DNA of 64,000 nt from Tubiluchus corallicola (GCA_030141605.1 JAQGDQ010000468.1:1-64000), one strand, 5' to 3'; shown: positions 20,181 to 31,648, counted from the stretch's first letter. The notes: a model not told the origin generated them from the sequence alone. Numbers and translations are program-made.

Positions 20181-20891
20181 CTACCCTACTCCAGCAATGT
20201 TCCCATCAATTACCTCTTCCTTTTCCCCTATTTCCTTCAACGCTCCATCCTCACAAATTAGCTTACGGGCAGGAAACTTCCTTATAAGCGGATAATCATG
20301 TGTCGCAAACAATATGGTCTTGCCTTCTTTATTTATCTCTAACAGCACTGACATTAAAGACTCTGAGGCTTCAGGATCAAGATTGCCTGTTGCCTCATCA
20401 GCAAGTATAATCTCAGGATTGTTTAAAATCGCTCTGGCAATAACAACTCTCTGCTGCTCACCACCAGACAGACGATGAGGCATAACATCCGCGACACTCC
20501 CCAGGTTAACAATCGACAAAACCTCTCTTATTCGGTCCTTGATAGCATGCTCGTGCTTCCATCCTGTCGACTTTAGTACAAACCGTAGATTCGCGTAAAC
20601 AGTGCGGTCGTGCATCAATTGAAAGTCCTGAAATACGACTCCAAGCTTTCTTCGCAAATGAGGAACATGCTTAGATTTTATATTGAGTAGATTATACCCG
20701 GCAATATAGCCTTCACCACCTATCAGTGGCAGCTCATTATAAAGCGTTTTTAACAAACTTGATTTCCCACTCCCCACCTTACCTATAATATAAACAAAAT
20801 CGCCCTGGTAAATAGTCAAATTAACACTATCTAAAATCGTGTTTTCTTGTTGGATAATAGGTGCATTTACAAGCTTAATAACTGTATTCAC
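20181..20891 (-). CDS. ftsE: FtsE-like ABC ATP-binding protein
   Basis: GKVGSGKS, LRRKLGVVFQDFQL, LSGGEQQR. Confidence 0.75.
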   Translation of the reverse strand: MNTVIKLVNAPIIQQENTILDSVNLTIYQGDFVYIIGKVGSGKSSLLKTLYNELPLIGGEGYIAGYNLLNIKSKHVPHLRRKLGVVFQDFQLMHDRTVYANLRFVLKSTGWKHEHAIKDRIREVLSIVNLGSVADVMPHRLSGGEQQRVVIARAILNNPEIILADEATGNLDPEASESLMSVLLEINKEGKTILFATHDYPLIRKFPARKLICEDGALKEIGEKEEVIDGNIAGVG

Positions 20892-21083
20892 TCTTTATAC
20901 TCTTTATTAAATATTAAAAAAATAAGACTCTCTTAAAAAATAGTTTTATACACAAAGCTAAGCTTTTTTAATAAAACTTACATTATAGCTTACATACGAG
21001 TAAATATAAAGATAAAAGGGTAAATTTGGGGATTGATTACAGGAACCTGTATCTCTCTTTGGCAGATTGTAAACATATAAACT

Positions 21084-21206
21084 GAAACCTTTGCAATGCG
21101 AAAGAGTTGTACAGGGCTAGAAAAGGTTTGACAAAAACCGCAGTTTACTAATGTAAATGAGTGTTTTGACGAAAACATTAACAAAAATGAGTTCTGAAAA
21201 GACCTC
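21084..21206 (+). repeat. Palindromic MITE-like repeat (best-preserved core)
   Basis: gaaacctttgcaatg...aaaaccgcagtttactaatgtaaatgagtgttttgacgaaaacattaacaaaaatgagttctgaaaagacctc. Confidence 0.85.
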
Positions 21207-21311
21207 AAATATTAAATGCTGTGAAGCGCTCACAATTTTATAAAATATTACAAGCACAACTATAAAATATCGTGGAGTTCTACTCGGCAAATAAAAATAA
21301 ATTATAAGCAG

Positions 21312-24300
21312 ATGAAAGGTATTACCACAATAACAGTATTTGCAATTATCCTGTTGTGTTTACCGGGGTTCGTTACCGGACAGCCAACCTCTGAACATAT
21401 GCGTTACAATGAAATATATCGCACTGCTCTCGAACTATTTAATAAAGATAAGTTTGGGGCAGCATTACGTGAATTTAACAAACTACAAACCTCTCTTGAG
21501 CCATCCTCTGTCCTCTATGAGGAAATACTGTTTTACAAAGCAATTTGCAGCATGGAAACAGGGAAAGAAGAGGGGAAGATGGAGCTGGAAAACTTTATCA
21601 AAAGCTATAAAAACTCAGTACATGACACTTCAGCTTTACTATGGCTGGGGAATGACGACTTCGAAAACGGGCACTATGAAAGTGCGCTATCTCACTACAC
21701 TAAAATTGACAAACATAACCTACCCTACAACAAGCTGGATGAGTTTCTGTTCAAAACAGGATACTGCTACTTTATAATAGAAAACTATGACAAATCGAAG
21801 CCATACCTATATGAACTTGACAAAACAAGCAACCCATACTCCTGGCTAGTCCACTACTACCTCGCGCACATAAACTATATAGAGGGGAATTATGAAACAG
21901 CGATAGCAAAAATGAATAAAGTGCATGAAAATGACCAGCTCGCAAACATAATACCGCTGTATAAAGTGCATATACACTTTTTGCAAAAAAGATACGCAGA
22001 CGTTGTTAAGGAGGCTCCTCCACTACTGGAATCCGTTTCTACAGAAAACAGGGCAGAAATGTCAAAGATTATTGGCAGCTCTCACTACTACCTTAAAAAC
22101 TACGAAGATGCTATCCCATTTCTTGAAAAATACCATCAGAAAGAAAGCATACCAGACACAAAAGACAACTACATACTGGGAATTTGCTACCACATGAGTG
22201 GACACAATAAAAAAGCTGTTAAATACTTGCAAAAAGCTACCGAAAATAAAGATGAAATAACGCAAAATGCGTACTACCACCTTGCAGACGCATACCTCAA
22301 AGAAGGAGAAAAGCAGAAGGCCATGACCGCCTTTAGCAGCGCTTCAGAACTTGGATTCGATGACAAAATTAAAGAAGATGCTCTATTTCAATATGCCAAA
22401 ATAACATACGAGCTTAACTACTCCCCTTTCAATGAAGCCATAAACGCCTTTGACAAGTATATCTCACTATATCCGGATTCTGAAAGAAGCGGTGATGCAT
22501 ACGACTACCTTGTAAAGGTATTTATGTCTACAAATAACTACAAAGACGCTCTCACATCTTTAGACAAAATAAAAATAAAAAACCCTGCCATACAAAAAGC
22601 ATATCAGCGTGTCGCATATCACAGAGCTCTAGAACTTCTTAAAGACAGACAGTATGAAGATGCAATATCCCTTTTCTATAAATCATTAGAATATAAACAG
22701 TACAACAATGATCTGGAGGCACTTACATACTACTGGAGAGGAGAAGTATTTTTTAGGCAGGAAAAATTGGACGATGCGCTCGCCGACTATAGAAAATTTC
22801 AAAATGTCCCGGGCTCTTTCAACCTAGAGGAATATGCTGTTTCAAACTATAACATAGGCTACATCTACTTTGATCGAGGTGAATTTGAAAGCGCTGCAAC
22901 ATGGTTTAGACGATTTATTAACGCTTCCCACAGTGCCGATCCGCAATATATTTCAGACACCCACAATCGCATTGGGGACTGCAACTATATGCAACGCAAC
23001 TTTAATGACGCCATCAGTTCATACAACAAAGCGTATGAACTGGATGGGCATGATGCCGACTATGCGCTATATCGGATTGCTTTCTGTGAAGGACTGCTAG
23101 GCAACCATGGACAAAAAATAGATCTCGCAATTAAACTGCAGAAGCAGTTCCCCGAATCTTCATACACAGACGATGTCATGTTTGAGTTGGGACGCACCTA
23201 TGGCGAAATAGGGAATTACGGTAAAGCAATAGAAAACTATAATAATTTACTGGAAATGTCCCCGGCAAGCCCATACGCTCCTGAGTCTTTACTGCAATTG
23301 GGGTTAATCCACTACAACCAGGATAAATATACAGAATCTCTCCGCTACTTTAAACAGGTTGTAGAAAAACACCCCTTAAGCCGGGAATCAAAAGATGCCA
23401 TTAAAGGTGTGGAAAACAGCTATATGGAAATGGGAATGCTGGAAAATTACTTCCTCTATATCAGTGGGTTGGAAGGAGTAAGCCAACCCTCAATTTCGAA
23501 ACAGGACTCACTAACTTACTTTGTTGCAGAAAAACTATACATGGAAAAAAACAATACGGCAATAGACAAGCTATCGCAATACCTAGAGCAATTTCCAAAT
23601 GGAAGATTTGCGTTAAATGCAAATTTCTATAAAGCTGAGCGACACCACAACAATGGCGAAATGAAAAAAGCTATAAAAGGATATGAATTTGTTCTATCTC
23701 AGCCGGATAACATTTTTACAGAAGTTGCACTTTTGAAAACTGCAAACATAGTATTTAAAGAAAAAGAATATGCTAGAGCCCTCTCTCTCTTCGAACGGCT
23801 GGAAAATATTACTAACAATAGTAAAAACAGACTTATTGCACTTGAAGGCCAGCTTCACTGCAATTATGAGCTAAAAAACTTTGAAAAGGTTACACACATC
23901 TCATGGCAGCTTAGAAACACTGAAAAAGTACCAGAAGAGCTTGTTCGGGATGCCCAATTCCTGGCAGCAAAATCGTATACTGAACTAAATCAACCTGAAA
24001 AAGCCTTTCCTATATGGACAGAGCTTGCCAAAGATGCAAAAACATCGGAAGGAGCAGAGGCTAAATACAGAATTTGCAAATACTACTTTGATAATAATCA
24101 GTTGGAAAAGGCAGAAAAAACTATAAATAGCTTTATAGAAATAAACACCCCACATCAACACTGGCTTGCAAAAAGCCTTATACTTCAGGCAAAAGTATGT
24201 ATCAAAAAAAATAACCACTTCGAAGCAGTTCACACACTCAAAAGTGTCATCGAAAACTATAAAAATAATAAAGATGGAATTATTGACGAGATAAACGAAC

Positions 24301-24356
24301 TGCTAAATGAACTTGACTCTGTCGAAGAAATGGAAAGCAACACAGTACATGGGTGA
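21312..24356 (+). CDS. Large periplasmic tetratricopeptide-repeat protein
   Basis: Signal peptide and many TPR motifs; paired with the downstream OM receptor-like gene. Confidence 0.88.
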   Translation: MKGITTITVFAIILLCLPGFVTGQPTSEHMRYNEIYRTALELFNKDKFGAALREFNKLQTSLEPSSVLYEEILFYKAICSMETGKEEGKMELENFIKSYKNSVHDTSALLWLGNDDFENGHYESALSHYTKIDKHNLPYNKLDEFLFKTGYCYFIIENYDKSKPYLYELDKTSNPYSWLVHYYLAHINYIEGNYETAIAKMNKVHENDQLANIIPLYKVHIHFLQKRYADVVKEAPPLLESVSTENRAEMSKIIGSSHYYLKNYEDAIPFLEKYHQKESIPDTKDNYILGICYHMSGHNKKAVKYLQKATENKDEITQNAYYHLADAYLKEGEKQKAMTAFSSASELGFDDKIKEDALFQYAKITYELNYSPFNEAINAFDKYISLYPDSERSGDAYDYLVKVFMSTNNYKDALTSLDKIKIKNPAIQKAYQRVAYHRALELLKDRQYEDAISLFYKSLEYKQYNNDLEALTYYWRGEVFFRQEKLDDALADYRKFQNVPGSFNLEEYAVSNYNIGYIYFDRGEFESAATWFRRFINASHSADPQYISDTHNRIGDCNYMQRNFNDAISSYNKAYELDGHDADYALYRIAFCEGLLGNHGQKIDLAIKLQKQFPESSYTDDVMFELGRTYGEIGNYGKAIENYNNLLEMSPASPYAPESLLQLGLIHYNQDKYTESLRYFKQVVEKHPLSRESKDAIKGVENSYMEMGMLENYFLYISGLEGVSQPSISKQDSLTYFVAEKLYMEKNNTAIDKLSQYLEQFPNGRFALNANFYKAERHHNNGEMKKAIKGYEFVLSQPDNIFTEVALLKTANIVFKEKEYARALSLFERLENITNNSKNRLIALEGQLHCNYELKNFEKVTHISWQLRNTEKVPEELVRDAQFLAAKSYTELNQPEKAFPIWTELAKDAKTSEGAEAKYRICKYYFDNNQLEKAEKTINSFIEINTPHQHWLAKSLILQAKVCIKKNNHFEAVHTLKSVIENYKNNKDGIIDEINELLNELDSVEEMESNTVHG

Positions 24357-24406
24357 AAACTAAAAAAATCAAAAACTTGTCCAACAATCAAAAGCAATAT
24401 GCGACA

Positions 24407-26182
24407 ATGAAAAAGACATTCAAAAATATTATTCTTGCAATATACATATCTGCTGTGCCTGTAAACTGCTTTGCACAGCAAGACTCTACAGGCCTGAAAC
24501 AACAGGTTGAAGTTACTAAAGCATATCGCCCAGATATTTCCGATGCACTGAGAATAAGCAAGATGCCTGTCGTTGATGACACAACAATGTTCCTGCCTGA
24601 ACTCGATTACTCCATCTCCTTTAAACCATACACACCCAGACTTGAAGCACCTACCATCTCTGCCATACAGATTAAACTGCAAAAAGAAGAAAGGAGTTCA
24701 GATTATGGATATATAAAAGCAGGAATGGGAACATACACCACTCCGTATGGAGAACTATTTTTCAACAAAACAAAAGCAGGAGACAATGAACTGTCATTCG
24801 GTACATACTTCAGGCACCTCTCATCCACAGGTAAAATTAAGCTTAACTCAGAAGACAAGGTAAACGCTCCATATAGCTACAACAACCTGGAAATCTTTGG
24901 AAATAAATCCATAGGGGATAATACCCTTTTATTTAGTTTTGCATACGACAGAGACGCCTTTAACTACTACGGGTATCCCGACACTATCCCTTCTGGCGAA
25001 ACATCACAGAATACATACTACTTTGGAGAAAAACAAAGATTCCAGAAATTTGCGCTAAACATTGGGATCAGCAACACAAAAGGAAACACTTCCAGGCTCA
25101 AGTATAAGACGGGAATCCAGTATCACGCTTTTAACACTAAAACAAGCCAAAAAGAAAACAACACAAAACTGTTTTGTAATCTGAACTATGACTTTAAAAA
25201 CTTTAGCAGCATTCTTGATGCTTATATAACTAATCTGAAGACAGATAATATTTTAAACACTGACAACCTTGCCTCAAAACAAAAAACGGGGATATGGATG
25301 GGATTAAACCCATCTATCCTTATTAGTAAAGACACATGGAAACTGAAGGGCGGAATAAACTTAAGCTCAATGCAGGATAAAGACAGTGACAACGTAATAA
25401 AAATATATCCAGCGCTTAACTTTGAATGGAATCCGGTGGGAAAAAACATAGCACTATATGCCGGACTTGGCGGTAGCCTTCAAAACAACAGCTACTCGCT
25501 GATTGCTTACGAAAATAACTTTGTAGACCCATCACATGACATAAAGTGGACAAACAATAAATACACTATATCTGCAGGGGTAAAAGGGGCACTCTTTACC
25601 TACCTGTCATACAACTTTGGGATGAAATACAATGAAATTGAAAATATGTATTTCTACACTATGAGAGGGTATGCAGAAAGTGCAGAAAGCGATGCAAATA
25701 TAACCTACCGTAACGACTTTGATGTTGTATATGACAACGGTAGCAGGGTCGACATAAGTGCAGAAGCTTCATTTAACACAGGGGACATCCTCTACTTCAC
25801 ACTAAAAGGCATCTACTATATCTATGCAATGGATAACCTTGAAACAGCATCACATGCACCAGACTTTGAAATTGTTGCCACCTGGAACTTCCCAATCATG
25901 GAACGCTTGTCAGTTTTTGCCGATATGTACTGTGTAGGAGGAAAAAATGTTATTGTTAGCATCCAGGAACAAGAAGACAGCCAGCTAAGCTTTGAACCAC
26001 TTACCAGGATTGAAAATATCGATCCGATTGTAGAGATAAACATAGGAGCATCCTATGACCTTCCATACAACCTGAGCCTGTTTACAAGAATAGACAACCT
26101 GCTTGGACAAAGATATGAAAAGTGGTATGGTTACACATCTCAAAAGCTAAGACTTATGGCTGGGGTAACATACCTTTTTTAG
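24407..26182 (+). CDS. TonB-dependent receptor-like outer-membrane beta-barrel protein
   Basis: Signal peptide from ATG 24407; EVTKAYRP; C-terminal DNLLGQRYEKW...AGVTYLF. Confidence 0.75.
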   Translation: MKKTFKNIILAIYISAVPVNCFAQQDSTGLKQQVEVTKAYRPDISDALRISKMPVVDDTTMFLPELDYSISFKPYTPRLEAPTISAIQIKLQKEERSSDYGYIKAGMGTYTTPYGELFFNKTKAGDNELSFGTYFRHLSSTGKIKLNSEDKVNAPYSYNNLEIFGNKSIGDNTLLFSFAYDRDAFNYYGYPDTIPSGETSQNTYYFGEKQRFQKFALNIGISNTKGNTSRLKYKTGIQYHAFNTKTSQKENNTKLFCNLNYDFKNFSSILDAYITNLKTDNILNTDNLASKQKTGIWMGLNPSILISKDTWKLKGGINLSSMQDKDSDNVIKIYPALNFEWNPVGKNIALYAGLGGSLQNNSYSLIAYENNFVDPSHDIKWTNNKYTISAGVKGALFTYLSYNFGMKYNEIENMYFYTMRGYAESAESDANITYRNDFDVVYDNGSRVDISAEASFNTGDILYFTLKGIYYIYAMDNLETASHAPDFEIVATWNFPIMERLSVFADMYCVGGKNVIVSIQEQEDSQLSFEPLTRIENIDPIVEINIGASYDLPYNLSLFTRIDNLLGQRYEKWYGYTSQKLRLMAGVTYLF

Positions 26183-26247
26183 ACACAGAACCTTCGCATA
26201 ACTACTATACGGCTGTAACAAAAATCTCGCCTCTAAACTAACACTAT

Positions 26248-26384
26248 AAAACCTTTGCAAAGCAAAATATTTTGGCTCAGACTTGAAGAAAAACTCGATA
26301 AAAAACCACTCCTTATCGACACAAATAATGGTTTTGAAAAAAATGACAAAAATATTAATAAAAAGATCTGCTTGAAAAAGTCTC
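26248..26384 (+). repeat. Palindromic MITE-like repeat
   Basis: aaaacctttgcaaagcaaaatattttggctcagact...aatattaataaaaagatctgcttgaaaaagtctc. Confidence 0.85.
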
Positions 26385-26457
26385 AGGATAAGTTTTGCAA
26401 AGACATTTTGCTGCGTATACAGGTAATAATATCCACCCTCCTGTGAAAGAAAATTAT

Positions 26458-26465
26458 TATATTTG
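26458..26465 (+). promoter_or_regulatory. Bacteroidota -7 element (TATATTTG) upstream of gyrB
   Basis: TAnnTTTG match. Confidence 0.5.
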
Positions 26466-26617
26466 CACACCAACAGAGGCACATTTTGAATGCCACAAAA
26501 ATCCTTTTGAAATAGAAAGGCACAAAAAAAGAAAATGGTATCAAAATTACCATCTCTTGAATGGGAAAATATGGAAACCCAAATGCTTCCCATAACTTTT
26601 AAATTAAATTCGACACA

Positions 26618-28582
26618 ATGAGTGATACTAAAAATAACGAAGTGAATGGTGCTGCCGAATACTCGGCAGACAGTATTCAGGTACTGGAGGGACTGGAAGC
26701 CGTAAGAAAGCGCCCGGCAATGTATATAGGTGATGTAAATGTAAAGGGATTACATCACCTTGTTTATGAAGTAATTGACAACTCTATTGACGAAGCGCTT
26801 GCAGAACACTGTACAGACATCGGAATCATTATAAATGAAGACGACTCAGTTACCGTCATCGATAATGGGCGTGGAATCCCGACTGAACGTCACTCAAAAG
26901 AGAACAAATCTGCACTGGAAGTTGTAATGACTGTATTGCATGCAGGAGGGAAATTTGACAAAGACTCATATAAAGTATCAGGAGGACTTCACGGCGTAGG
27001 AGTCTCTTGTGTAAACGCACTATCTTCCTATTTAAGAGCAGAAGTACACAGAGAGGGCAAAATTTGGGAACAAGAATATGAAAAAGGTAAACCAAAAGGG
27101 GATGTAAAAATTATAGGAGACTCTGACAAAACAGGAACTATTATTACTTTTAAACCCGATAGCACCATATTTAGTACTACATCCTATAAATTTGATATCT
27201 TATCTGCGCGCCTGCGCGAACTTGCATTCCTAAATAAAGGCATTAAACTGTCTATAATTGACAAACGTAAAAAAAATGAAGAAGGCGACCACAAGAAAAT
27301 GGAATTCCTTTCTCAAAAAGGACTTTCCGAATTTGTGGAATACCTAGATGGAACGCGCGATGCCCTTATAGGTGAACCTATCCACATATCTACCCAAAAA
27401 AATGGTATCCCTGTGGAACTGGCTATGAGCTACAACTCATCTTTCACCGAAAACGTGTTCTCATATGTCAATAATATTAACACTATAGAGGGGGGAACCC
27501 ACCTTACAGGATTTAGGAGGGGGCTTACACGTACTCTGAAAAATTACGCAGAAAGCAGCGGTATGCTGCAAAAACTGAAGTTTGACATCAGTGGTGATGA
27601 CTTTCGTGAAGGACTAACATCTGTTATATCAGTTAAAGTTGCAGAACCACAATTCGAGGGCCAGACCAAAACAAAACTTGGAAACTCCGAAATAAGTGCT
27701 TCAGTAGATCAAGCTGTTAGTGAAATGTTAAACAACTATCTTGAAGAGCACCCCAAAGAGGCCAAAGTGATAGTAAGCAAAGTTGTTTTAGCAGCTCAAG
27801 CCAGACATGCAGCAAGAAAAGCACGTGAACTCGTACAACGAAAAACAGTACTTTCCGGTGGTGGATTGCCGGGAAAACTTGCAGACTGCTCAAAAAAAGA
27901 CCCTGAAAGTTGTGAAGTATTTCTGGTAGAGGGAGACTCTGCGGGTGGCACAGCAAAACAAGGAAGAGACAGACAGTTTCAGGCAATTCTTCCGCTTAGA
28001 GGGAAAATCCTGAATGTTGAAAAAGCAATGTCACATAAAGTCTTTGAAAGCGAAGAGATCAGAAACATCTACACAGCACTCGGAATTACAGTCGGAACAG
28101 AGGAGGATCAAAAAGCCCTCAATCTTGAAAAATTGCGATACCATAAAGTAGTTATTATGACGGATGCCGATGTCGATGGCTCACACATAGCAACTCTAAT
28201 TATGACATTCTTCTTTCGATATATGAAAGACCTTATCAAAAAAGGATACATCTATATTGCAACACCACCTCTTTACCTTATAAAAAAAGGGAAAAAAGAA
28301 GAATACTGCTGGACAGAACAACAACGTTTGCGGGCAATTGAATCACTGGCGAGCGGTGACGAAAAAGGAGTTCATACTCAACGCTATAAAGGATTGGGAG
28401 AGATGAACTCCGAACAGCTGTGGGATACCACCATGAACCCAGAAAAGCGTACATTACGCCAGGTTACAATAGAAAATGCAGCAGAAGCTGATCATATATT
28501 CTCAATGTTGATGGGGGATGATGTGCCACCCAGACGTAAATTTATTGAAGAAAATGCAACATACGCAAACATAGATGTTTAA
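26618..28582 (+). CDS. gyrB: DNA gyrase subunit B
   Basis: EAVRKRPAMYIG, EGDSAGG, PLRGKILNV, MTDADVDG, QRYKGLGEM. Confidence 0.98.
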   Translation: MSDTKNNEVNGAAEYSADSIQVLEGLEAVRKRPAMYIGDVNVKGLHHLVYEVIDNSIDEALAEHCTDIGIIINEDDSVTVIDNGRGIPTERHSKENKSALEVVMTVLHAGGKFDKDSYKVSGGLHGVGVSCVNALSSYLRAEVHREGKIWEQEYEKGKPKGDVKIIGDSDKTGTIITFKPDSTIFSTTSYKFDILSARLRELAFLNKGIKLSIIDKRKKNEEGDHKKMEFLSQKGLSEFVEYLDGTRDALIGEPIHISTQKNGIPVELAMSYNSSFTENVFSYVNNINTIEGGTHLTGFRRGLTRTLKNYAESSGMLQKLKFDISGDDFREGLTSVISVKVAEPQFEGQTKTKLGNSEISASVDQAVSEMLNNYLEEHPKEAKVIVSKVVLAAQARHAARKARELVQRKTVLSGGGLPGKLADCSKKDPESCEVFLVEGDSAGGTAKQGRDRQFQAILPLRGKILNVEKAMSHKVFESEEIRNIYTALGITVGTEEDQKALNLEKLRYHKVVIMTDADVDGSHIATLIMTFFFRYMKDLIKKGYIYIATPPLYLIKKGKKEEYCWTEQQRLRAIESLASGDEKGVHTQRYKGLGEMNSEQLWDTTMNPEKRTLRQVTIENAAEADHIFSMLMGDDVPPRRKFIEENATYANIDV

Positions 28583-28751
28583 AACTGCTTAACATACAGT
28601 AAAAAAACTCACTATTCCTCACTAAGTAGAATAGTAAAATAGCACAAACTCAACTAAAGATATACTGCTGAAAGCGACGGCTTTACCACCAAATAGCATA
28701 ACTCTGGCTTCACAGTAGCTTTGATTTTTAAAATGAACTTTTAACTTTGAC

Positions 28752-28865
28752 GAGACATTTACTGTGCTAAGTCCCTTTGATTAAAAATGAAAAAAGGCGA
28801 TGAAAACTACAGCTCGTTTATGTAAACGAGGATTTTAATAAAAATATAAATTTTGAAAAAGTCTC
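28752..28865 (+). repeat. Palindromic MITE-like repeat (degenerate)
   Basis: gagacatttac...gatgaaaactacagctcgtttatgtaaacgaggattttaa...ttttgaaaaagtctc. Confidence 0.7.
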
Positions 28866-28892
28866 GAAGAAACATAATCAAATCTCTGCCTT

Positions 28893-29555
28893 ATGAGCAT
28901 ATCAAATATACTATTTTGGAATGTTGATACTCAAATAGATTTTATGGAGCCATCTGGAAAGCTTTATGTCCCGGGTGCAGAAAAAATAAAACCTACTCTT
29001 GAAAAAATTACTCAATTTGCTAAAGACAACAACATACGGGTTATTAACACAGCCGACTACCACCACATAAACTCCCGTGAGCTGTCATCTAACCCCGACT
29101 ATAAAAAACGATACCCTCCACACTGCATGGCTGAAACAAAAGGAGCAGAGTATATTAAGGAGACCAATCCTGAAACACCTGCTATCGTGGACTGGAACAA
29201 AAGTGTTAAACTTACTTCCGATATAAAAGATATTTCCAAGTACAGAAATATTGTCATACGAAAAGATATTTTCGATGTTTTTGAGGGCAACCAGCACACC
29301 AAGGCAATACTTAAACTACTGGACCCTTCGGTAATATTTGTATATGGAGTTTCCAGTAATGTCTGTGTAGATATGGCAGTAGTAGGACTGGTAAAACAAA
29401 AACGAAAACTTTTCGTGATTAAGGATGCTATAAAAGAATTACCAAATTTACCTTTGCCATACGACAATTGGAATAAACTGGGGGTTAAAACAATCGATTT
29501 CTCAGAAGCAACTAAAATTATAGAAAATCTTTGCTCAGCTGAGAACAACAACTAA
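28893..29555 (+). CDS. pncA: Nicotinamidase/isochorismatase family cysteine hydrolase
   Basis: VDTQIDF, DYH, PPHC, K, VSSNVC catalytic Cys. Confidence 0.75.
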   Translation: MSISNILFWNVDTQIDFMEPSGKLYVPGAEKIKPTLEKITQFAKDNNIRVINTADYHHINSRELSSNPDYKKRYPPHCMAETKGAEYIKETNPETPAIVDWNKSVKLTSDIKDISKYRNIVIRKDIFDVFEGNQHTKAILKLLDPSVIFVYGVSSNVCVDMAVVGLVKQKRKLFVIKDAIKELPNLPLPYDNWNKLGVKTIDFSEATKIIENLCSAENNN

Positions 29556-29570
29556 AATCATACTCAACAG

Positions 29571-30347
29571 CTACTTGGCGCTATACTCACCACTAACATC
29601 TGTGAGGACCTCATACCCGGTATCAGTAACAAGCAAGGTGTGCTCAAATTGAGCTGAAAGCTTTTTGTCAATAGTTCTTGCAGTCCACTTATCCGCCATA
29701 TCAATTTTAACCTTTGCTTTACCCTGATTTATCATTGGCTCAATGGTAAACACCATTCCTGGCCTCATTTTCTCCCCACTATTTCTTCGTGCAGAATGAT
29801 CCACATGGGGGTCCTCATGAAACCGGATACCTATGCCATGCCCACAAAACTCGTACACTACACTATAACGCTTTGACCTTGCATACCTTGAAATAGCATG
29901 CCCTATATTGCCAAAATAATTTCCGGGACGCACCTGCTGTATCCCAAGAGACAAACAATGTTTTGCAGCATCAATAAGATCTGAAGCCTCCTTGCTAACA
30001 CTCCCTACTGTAAACATTGTACTGGTATCGCCAAAATACCCATCCAATATGGTGGTTACATCTATATTAAGAATATCCCCATCTCTCAATATTGTTTCCT
30101 CAGATGGTATCCCATGACAAACAACCTCATTCAGAGATATACAACATGACTTGGGATATCCTGAATAATTAAGGGTCGCAGGAACTGCGTTATTTCTTAC
30201 AATAAAATCATGAATCAAACCATTCAGATATTCAGTACTCACTCCCTCTTTTACATACTCTCTTATAAAAAGCAGAGCCTCTCCCGCAAGCTTAGAACTC
30301 TTTCTAATACCATCTATCTGCTCTTCACTCTTAATAATAATGCCCAT
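29571..30347 (-). CDS. map: Type I methionine aminopeptidase
   Basis: NEVVCHGIP, DVT...GDTS, GHGIG..FHEDP, IEPMIN, AQFEHT. Confidence 0.97.
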   Translation of the reverse strand: MGIIIKSEEQIDGIRKSSKLAGEALLFIREYVKEGVSTEYLNGLIHDFIVRNNAVPATLNYSGYPKSCCISLNEVVCHGIPSEETILRDGDILNIDVTTILDGYFGDTSTMFTVGSVSKEASDLIDAAKHCLSLGIQQVRPGNYFGNIGHAISRYARSKRYSVVYEFCGHGIGIRFHEDPHVDHSARRNSGEKMRPGMVFTIEPMINQGKAKVKIDMADKWTARTIDKKLSAQFEHTLLVTDTGYEVLTDVSGEYSAK

Positions 30348-30473
30348 TCACTAAAAAACTTTTTCAAACAAATAGTAAAAAAAAACCTATGCAAAAGTGG
30401 ATAAATAAAGACTCAAATCAAAACAATCAAAAGCATCATCCAAAAGATAGGCTCAATTAAGTAAAACTAAGGA

Positions 30474-31583
30474 CTACTTGAGCTCATATCCCCATCTGTC
30501 AAAAACAAAACCCCAGTGCTTGTTTACTATATCTACTGTAGCCGGATCATAACTGTACCTGTTCTTCCTATAGCCTTTCTTGGCATTAATATAATCTACA
30601 ATTGAGGAAGAAGCCTTCTCAAAACCTGCAATCTTTAACCTATCATATATTACCTCTGTTATACTCAGGGGATCAGATTCAAAATCCTCAAACTTTACCT
30701 CTAAAAGATTGCACTCAGGGATAATATTCTTGTCGCTTTCATACTTCACATATAACTTTTTATACACCTCCAGTATGGTATGCTCCATCTTCTCAGATGT
30801 AAACTCCTGAAACTTCAAAGGCTTAATAGTATTGCAGAAAAAATTACGTGTCGATTCGAAAACCGTATAAGGGTTGCGCATTAAATAAATAAACTTAGCA
30901 TTTGGGAAAATCTTTAGTAACTGGGGGACTCTCCCTGTATGAGGAGGATTCTTCGACAAAAAGCGGGTACCTCCAGTGTTGTACATTGATGTCTTAATCA
31001 ATCTTACAAACTCTTTCTTAAAAATGTCAAGCTCACTATCTGTAATCCCTTTGAAAAGAAGATACTTCTCACAATACTCCAACACATCATTAGGGAAAAA
31101 CCAAAAATTATAGTAGCTGTAAGGCATAATATTTGCCAATGCAAACTCTTCTTCTTGTGGTTGGTCAGCAGATAGCTCCATATTGTCTGTTGGACGCCTA
31201 TCCGGCATAATTCTGCTCAACACATACTTAAAAAGTGGCTGTCCCCACATTACAAGATTTGGAAAAACTGTCTGATAGGTGGTGTTATACGCAAACTGTC
31301 GATCTTGTGCCAGTACATTGTGTAAAAATGTTGTGCCACTCCTCCAGTGCCCCAATATAAAAACAGGATCATCTTCCATCTCCACCAAGGCTGATCTCTT
31401 CCTGTACAACCTGTCTTCAAAAGGCTGAAAGGAACTTAACAACCTACACACAAAACGAGTACGATTAAACAATCCCCTGTACCTTTCATCCATCTCCCGC
31501 CCTTTGGTAATTGCCTTAAAATTGTCCCACCGGCTACCTATAAGCGTATTTACCGGGAAACGTGTAAAATCAAACCGCGCCAT
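30474..31583 (-). CDS. Sulfotransferase family protein
   Basis: PAPS-binding GHWRSGTT; KNPPHTGR; RNPYTVFES. Confidence 0.85.
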   Translation of the reverse strand: MARFDFTRFPVNTLIGSRWDNFKAITKGREMDERYRGLFNRTRFVCRLLSSFQPFEDRLYRKRSALVEMEDDPVFILGHWRSGTTFLHNVLAQDRQFAYNTTYQTVFPNLVMWGQPLFKYVLSRIMPDRRPTDNMELSADQPQEEEFALANIMPYSYYNFWFFPNDVLEYCEKYLLFKGITDSELDIFKKEFVRLIKTSMYNTGGTRFLSKNPPHTGRVPQLLKIFPNAKFIYLMRNPYTVFESTRNFFCNTIKPLKFQEFTSEKMEHTILEVYKKLYVKYESDKNIIPECNLLEVKFEDFESDPLSITEVIYDRLKIAGFEKASSSIVDYINAKKGYRKNRYSYDPATVDIVNKHWGFVFDRWGYELK

Positions 31584-31640
31584 ATAAAACCTCTATTCTT
31601 ATGAACTCTATTAACAAAAGTAACACTCTAAACTGTAAGC

Positions 31641-31648
31641 CAAATATA
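31641..31648 (-). promoter_or_regulatory. Bacteroidota -7 element (TATATTTG) upstream of the sulfotransferase
   Basis: TAnnTTTG match. Confidence 0.45.

Noticed and set aside
30380-30420. Possible additional repeat fragments (also about 40930-40980 and 41180-41200)
   Set aside because: Only short end-like motifs, too degenerate to call by eye.
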